A stretch of 63,800 nucleotides of DNA, the filler included, from Reclinomonas americana ATCC 50394 (taxonomy: Eukaryota), in assembly GCA_048213135.1 (NCBI GenBank). It is 17 parts of 17 records of this genome, joined end to end, with 100 filler letters (N's around TTAATTAATTAA, not from the genome) between each part and the next. Parts side by side here need not be neighbours in the genome. Positions count along the whole stretch, not along the records: positions 57,541 to 63,800 come from AFZH01024342.1; 16 more parts are not named here. One strand, 5' to 3'. Of the stretch, positions 57,541 to 63,800 are shown piece after piece; positions within the stretch are counted from its first letter, which is position 1, and each line of letters begins with the position of its first letter. The notes below the pieces were generated by a model that was not told where the DNA came from, searched no databases, and was given only the letters and a program-made list of their open reading frames with translations. The position numbers and the translations under genes were made by a program.

Positions 57541-60493
57541 AGCAACGTGGCTGCGCATGCGCGCTCTGCGGATGTACCGCCGCAGTCAGTCTTCAACATC
57601 ACAGTGTCGATCAGTGGTGGCGGTAACTTTGTCAAGCCGCCGCCGCCGCTTGCAATTCCACTCTCGCCGTGCCCGGCCGGCAAGCATTTTGCAAGCGACT
57701 CTGGCGGCTGCACCGACTGTCCTGGTGGGCAGTACTCACTGTCATCGCCTTCGTTTAATCAAACATGCCAGCAGTGCTCCGCGGGACTTGCCTGCCTCGG
57801 TGGTTCGAACTTGTTTGTCGAGTCTACATTCTGGACGTTCCCGTTAACTTCCCATTGGACCACGGCACCGATTCAAGCTGGTGACATCACCATCATGCCG
57901 CCCCCGTCTGATTTTATTGTGATGTACACGTGCCCGTATGAGTTTTGTCAGCGGCCGGAGCCGGTCGAGCTGAGCAACGAGGGAGTGGTCGATTTCTGCA
58001 ATAGCAGGCTCCATCGAGACCCGCTGTCACCACTTTGTGGCGCGTGCAAGGTTCGTGTACATGGTGGTGAGTGAGACTTGTGCCGAATGATGACCGTCGC
58101 TCACAGGAGAATTACTCGTACTGGGAGGGGCAATGCATAGAGTGCACCAGCACCTCGAATGTTGCTCGGCTTGTCGTTATACTCAAGATGGCGGCATATG
58201 TCCTTGTGTTGCACATTTTCTTCCAGGTCGCAGCTGGCGGAGGTGAGTGCCGGGGTTGGGCATAGAGTTAGGCAATTCAAGAGAGGACGTGTGTACTCTC
58301 CTTGATTTGCATTTGCCCCTCTATGTACGAGAGACGAAATGCTGCGTTATTTGTTGTCGTTGGGCCCAGGGGTGTTTTCGCCGTGAAATCGCACTGTATA
58401 TTATCAGGAGGTGTGAGGCGCTCGCTGCACCTTTCACTCTCGCCGCACGCACAGTCTCAATTTTATATGTTCTTCTCTGGCATTGTGTCGATTATGTACT
58501 GGGACGTTGGACTGACTATCACTTGCTCAACAGCCTCGGCCGAAATGATCATCTTCACTCTGCAGACTATGACTCTGATGTTTTACCCCAATGTGGAGTT
58601 GCTCTCTGTCAGCCGCCTCCTAAAGGGCTGGGTGCCGGCATTCTTCAACGTGGGTTGCCCACTGCATTTGGACGCAGTCGGAGACATGCTTGCCCGTGTT
58701 GTGTCACCCTTGGTGTATCTGGCACTTCTGTGGTCATTCTTTGGCCTGCACAAGTTGCTTGCGTTTACGATGGCGCGTTGCTGTTACCCTGTTGGGCGAT
58801 TCCAGCGCGTTGGTTGGCGCGGACAGTTTGTGCAGTGGTTTGGACGGTTCGCGGTACCGTCTCGCTACGTGATGACAACTGTTGTCCTCCTACTGTCAGC
58901 CTACGAGGGCGTAACGGAGGCTGTGGTTACGTTTCTCTTCTCATGCACGGCAGTTGGTCAGCAGCATGTCGTGCTCTTCTCGCCAAGTATCGTGTGCTAC
59001 ACTGGAGTGTTGCGTTGGGTGGCCAGCAGAGGGAACGGGGACTGTGGAAGAGATAATGTTTGTCACGAAAATAGAGAGTGACAGAGAGAGAGTGTGAGTG
59101 AGAGGGAGGGAGGGAGAGCGTTTGACAGCCTCCCTGAGCGGTTTCAGAGATAGTCCGAGAGTTTCTTCTGTGAGCTGCTTCCCAAATTTTATATGCTGAC
59201 TTGTGTGTGTCACGTGCACGAATGCAGATGGTTGCACTTGGTTCCGCTGTTTGCTATACTGGGGGCGCTGCTGCTCGCCTCACCAGTGGCGATTGTGTGG
59301 TGGACTGTTCGCTTGCGTCGACAACGTAGGCTTGATGACGAGTCGGTACGCCGTAGTCTCGGTACTTTGTACAACCACTATCGACCGCCAGTGGTGTGGT
59401 ATCAAGGTGATTTGTAGTCAACGAGCATGCTCTGCAGCAGTGCATGTTTTACTGATGTGACTGACTACTGTACCATTCGACTGTGCAGCGTACCAACTCA
59501 CCCGTCGACTGGTGATTGTGAGCACTCTCTTTCCACTGGCAGCTGCCGATCAGCTCGCCACTCTGCCGCTTGTGTTGTGGTTGGTGTGCGTCGGCTTCTT
59601 AACAGTACACCTGATCGTGCGACCGTACTCGCGACCACTGTACAACATTCTCGAGGTGAGTGCGCTAATATGTTGGTCATCGAGAGGGCATCTGGAGAGG
59701 GGCGGTGAGGAGGAGTGAGCAACTCTTCGCGGGGTAACACACCAGATTGCACTTGACACTAATCGCCTTCGTTGTCGTGTCATCCACGTGGGAAATTGAT
59801 CGAAGTCAATGCAGGAGTGTATGATGTGCACGTTGGGTAGGCAGGGGCACAGAGCGGGAGATGCATGCAGTGATTCAGTGGCGAAAGCCAGAATATAGAA
59901 TGGTACTAGAAGGAGACTGCGGGCAGTGTGGTTCGCGCTCAATCACACGTTCGCTTGCTGCGACGCCCTCCATTGGGGGAGAGAGGGGGGAGGTGGGGAG
60001 CTGGTGTCAGGGAGAATCAGCGAGAGAGAGAGAGAGAGAGAGATTCTTTTGTGCTGTGCGCTTACACTTGTTGAGTCGCTTCTTGCGTTGCAGGCGATTG
60101 GATTAGGCAGCTTGGTGGTGGTGTCCACCGTCTTTGCGTCTCAAGTGCAATCCCAGTTCAAGGTCGTGTCTTGCATCGTCGTTTTGGTTCTCACTGGTAT
60201 CGTACTGGCGTCGCCGATTCTATGGTCAGCATGGCGGGAAATTATAGGCTGTTGCCTTTGGCTTCGCCGACGACGGCGCTCCACACTTGATGTCGGGAAC
60301 GACAATGCCGTTGGTGCGCATATGCGTTTGCGCATCTCTGTTGTCGACATTCCTAATGTGTTTTTGCGCAGACCAAGTCGATCAGCAGGCCACTGAAATG
60401 ATGCCCCGGGATGCAGACAAGAAGTCACTGGCGGGCGGTGAACTCGGGATACCACTGCTCCGTGGCAGCGAAGATAGTAGTCGAGAGCTGTGA
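57541..60493 (+). CDS. Cys-rich (GCC2/ephrin-receptor-like) ectodomain plus multi-TM receptor-like protein; multi-exon, 5' partial
   Basis: CPAGKHF..C..CPGGQYS..C..C; SPLCGAC; multiple TM exons; 'LGTLYNHYRP..WY'; 'RPYSRPLYNILE'. Confidence 0.7.
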
Positions 60494-60693
60494 GTGTAGC
60501 AAAGCACAACTTGCGCGCTGAGAAGGGAGAGTCCGCAACAATTGAATTACTGAGATCTGGAGCCATACACATGAGAGAAAGAGAGAGAAGGAAGCGAGGG
60601 CACGTGAAAACGATCAAGCCGCCGCCCAGCGCCGCAGCGGTGCGTGCAACAGGGCCTCATTTCACCCTTGTGATATGCAAGTGATTACTGGCT

Positions 60694-60802
60694 TCTCCAC
60701 CCTCGACCCTTGATCCATGTGTGCGTGCGTGTGATCAGTGTCTCTCTCCAACCTCGACCCTTGATCGACATGTGCGTGTGATCAGTGTCTCTCTCCACCC
60801 TC
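60694..60802. repeat. Tandem repeat, about 2.3 copies of a 47-50 bp unit
   Basis: CCTCGACCCTTGATC...TGTGCGTGTGATCAGTGTCTCTCTCCA is repeated. Confidence 0.75.
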
Positions 60803-61130
60803 AGCCCCCAGCCCTCGCACCTCGATCGCTATCGCCAACAAGCGCCCTTTACAATACCTACATCAAATCATAAACACTAAACCCTGTCAAACTCAATCTC
60901 CGTCTCCTGCTTCTCATTGCGCGCCGTGCCATTCCCCCGCAACTGCACCTGCTGCCGCTCATTTCGCGTGACCCGCTCATCCACCTCGTCACGCGGCACC
61001 ACAGAGTTCAGCAGCAGCTGTGGCGAGTAACCCTCTCTCTCTCTCTCTCGCCAACACTGCAGTGTCGATGTGGCCGGTATTTGCGTCTTCTCCCACGATA
61101 ATCCTGCATGCCTTCATTGACACACACCTA

Positions 61131-63000
61131 TTACTCCACCTCCACCACAAAATCCGGCTGTCCAGTGTGGTGCAGTCAGTACACCTAATCATCCACACAC
61201 ACAGCACATCAACTCCTCCACCTACCTTGTAGGTTCGACGCACGGACGGCTCCTGCGGGTATCCGCGCTGGTTGCTGACGATTTGCGTACCAGCATGGGA
61301 GAAATGGCAACAGTCTGCGACACCAGCCATGAGTAGGGTGAATACAACAAAAAGAGCATAATACCACGCAACAGTGGGTGTGCCCAAAGGCCCACACAGC
61401 AACTCGCTTCTCTTCGCGACCCATCAGAGCCGACATGCTGTGGGATACATGACTATGAAACACTTGATTCACACGCAATCGCGCGAACAAGAAAAAACAC
61501 ACAGACAGAGTGAAAGGCAGACGCTTGCACAAAAAAAGTGCAAACACATATACATTTGCAATGACCACAAAGGCGGACGGATTTCCTTTCCCTCCCGATA
61601 CGCTCACGCAACTCAGTGGCAAACGCGCAGTTGGTCGGCAGTCCAGCGTATTGCGGATCAGCGATTCCCTCCATCAATGGCGCGTGATGGGTGAGGATCA
61701 CGAAACACTGATCACCAGGGTTCACACGATCAATAAAAGAGATCTCGTGCATCTCAGCAATAATCTCGTACACCTCTGCCGAATGCCTCCTAAATAAACA
61801 GTAACTGCCAGCAGGCAACGCGAGAATGACGCGTAAAAGAAGCGAGAACAATGCAAAGCAGAGGAATCGCTCACTCTCTTCCTCCCCTTCAGTGCCCTTA
61901 TCTTTCTCTGGGGGATATTTTCTCTTACTGGCAGCGCAGCGCGTACGCATCCTCTTGTCTCCTTTCATGCACCCCCAATGTCGGTGCAATTCTCTGCTTT
62001 CCCTTTCTCATGCTACCCACTCACTCTGCAAGTTGCTCACTCCCCATTCGTTTCCTCTCACTTGCGTTCTATCCCATGCAGCCTCTCTTGTCTCTCCTCC
62101 TCTCCGCGTCCCTGCCTCATTCTGTTTAGTGTCTCTCTCTCGCTCGCTTACTCTTTATCTCGGTCTTTCTGTTTTGTCTCCCTTACTCTCCTCTTTTGTC
62201 TGTCTCTTTTCCCGCTTCAGCAACAGTCAATAATAATAATAGAAACTTCACCGATCCATCCACAACAATGAACATCTACCAGTGATCGCCAACTAGTCTC
62301 GTGTGCTTTCTTTCTACAACTAAAACTTGTTTCAAGTGTGTTGTCTATGTTCAACAACAAGGCGGCGATCATCAGCGGCAACTCTGGTGGCCCTGCCTCG
62401 CTGTGCCCACTCTGTGGCAAGGAGTCGCTCGGTCACTTGCTCAACGGTATTCTACTGGATTCTACCTTAGCGCTAGCTTTCCCTTTGCTAAACTCACGTG
62501 AAACGACACAGAGCGCACACACATGCACGCTCAAAACACGCACAAAGCAGATAGCATCCAGTGACAGCTTTCCCTTTTCCCCTTTCTCCCCCTTCCCCCA
62601 CACTCACCTCCACATGCTCTGGCGCCGACGCCAGGTGCTCCTCAATCCACGCCGTGCTACGCTGGAAAAATCCCACCGTGTCGGCCACTGTCAGTCGTCG
62701 CTGGCCTCCACGAACCGCCTCGTCGTGGACAGAGATCACCCGGTAATCGTTGAGATAATCGGTCACTTCCTTCGCGTTCTCCTCCGGCACGTGGGACCAC
62801 AGTGTACAACCAAGAACGCGCACCACGCGCTGTGTATCTTCACCATCTTCCACGATAGGAATGTCGAAATGATCGTTCTCCATGAACATCACGTTGGGAA
62901 TGCGCTCCGTAAGGCTGCGCAACCATTCCAGCGTGCCGGCCACTGTGGAGCCGTAGTACTCGTGGTTTCCGGCGATCACAAAGATCTGCGGCGAGGAAGC
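61131..63000 (-). CDS. Calcineurin-like metallophosphoesterase; multi-exon, 5' exons not resolved
   Basis: AGNHEYY, LGCTLWS, ILTHHAP, WAFGHTH, VSNQRGYP; ends PDFVVEVE*. Confidence 0.88.
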
Positions 63001-63134
63001 GGGTGAAGGGGGGAAGAGGGGGGGAAAGGGGGGAAAGGGGGGCAAGAGGGAACGGAGGAGCAGGGGAGAGGATGGAGATGCGTCTTCATGAGGGGCAAGA
63101 CAGAGTGAGATGCAGAGGGGGGGAGAGAGAGAGA

Positions 63135-63560
63135 GACGGGGAATGAGAAGCAAAGAGAAAGGACGTACAGAGAATGACAGACACAGAGACAAAGAGGGAC
63201 AGAGAATAAGAAGCAGGGAGACGAAGAAGAATGGCGAATGCAAGACAGAAAATGAGAAGCAGAGAGAGAAGGAGGACAGAGAATGAGAAGCAAAGAAAAA
63301 GGGAGGACGGAGAATGAGAAGCAGAGAGAGAAGGAGGGACGGAGAATGAGAAGCAGAGAGAGAAGGAGGGACGGATAATGAGAAGCAGAGAGAGAAGGAG
63401 GGACGGAGAATGAGAAGCAGAGAGAAAAGGAGGGACAGAGAATGGCAAGCACATAGACAAAGAAGGACAGAGAATGAGAAGCAAAGAGAAAGGTAGGACA
63501 GAGAATGAGAAGCAGAAAGAAAAGGAGGGACGGAGAATGAGAAGCACAGAGAAAAGGAGC
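63135..63560. repeat. Purine-rich minisatellite, 28-32 bp unit (GAGAATGAGAAGCAGAGAGAAGGAGGGAC), intronic
   Basis: About a dozen degenerate tandem copies of GAATGAGAAGCA. This produces the spurious S/L/F-rich ORFs. Confidence 0.9.
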
Positions 63561-63800
63561 GAGACCACAAGAATGCAGAGTGGAAGATAATCATGTGTGG
63601 GAACACATACGGTGGAGACAACCAGGCATAGAGGAGCAGCGTACAATGAATAGTGACATCCGTCACGTTTCTACCTGCAGCTTATCTCATTGCTCCAGGA
63701 CAACACAGACATGGAGAGAGACGAAGACGCACGAACTGATACAAGAATGCAGACGACGGTGACCACGAGCAAGCATTGCCTCCCAAAAAACACCACAAAC

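Noticed and set aside
60694..60802. CRISPR-like repeat
   Set aside because: It is a head-to-tail tandem repeat without unique spacers, in eukaryotic intergenic DNA, with no cas genes.
62976..63666. Long Ser/Leu/Phe-rich ORFs
   Set aside because: They are translations of an intronic purine/pyrimidine minisatellite.

Overview
The window is not contiguous DNA. It is 17 short contigs joined by an artificial N-run/TTAATTAATTAA/N-run linker. About two thirds comes from an intron-rich, GC-rich, flagellated microbial eukaryote, with CEP131, NEMF/Rqc2, COX6B, an NDR-kinase-like 5' end, CFAP57/WDR65, phospholipase B-like, legumain, GDPD, GNAT, metallophosphoesterase, PMP-repeat and Cys-rich multi-TM genes, and a DIRS/Ngaro-type tyrosine-recombinase retrotransposon. 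The rest is bacterial: alphaproteobacterial-like pieces (tssK, EamA, SAM methyltransferase, LexA boxes), high-GC actinobacterial-like pieces (MFS, RibD-C, TetR, GNAT, VOC), and an AAA_15/OLD-type ATPase of unclear origin. The most striking item is a circularly permuted tRNA gene at 38606-38751. Its 3' half lies upstream of its 5' half, the break is inside the anticodon stem, and it has a long leader/trailer duplex with no canonical BHB motif, an ATC anticodon and A-box-like motifs in the leader. Also notable are frequent one-nucleotide-shifted 5' splice sites (GTTNCG/GTTGAG) in the eukaryote, and a retroelement whose Gag and recombinase form one uninterrupted ORF with RT/RNase H/MTase nested in another frame. 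All family calls come from motif recognition by eye; no searches were run, and eukaryotic gene ends are approximate.
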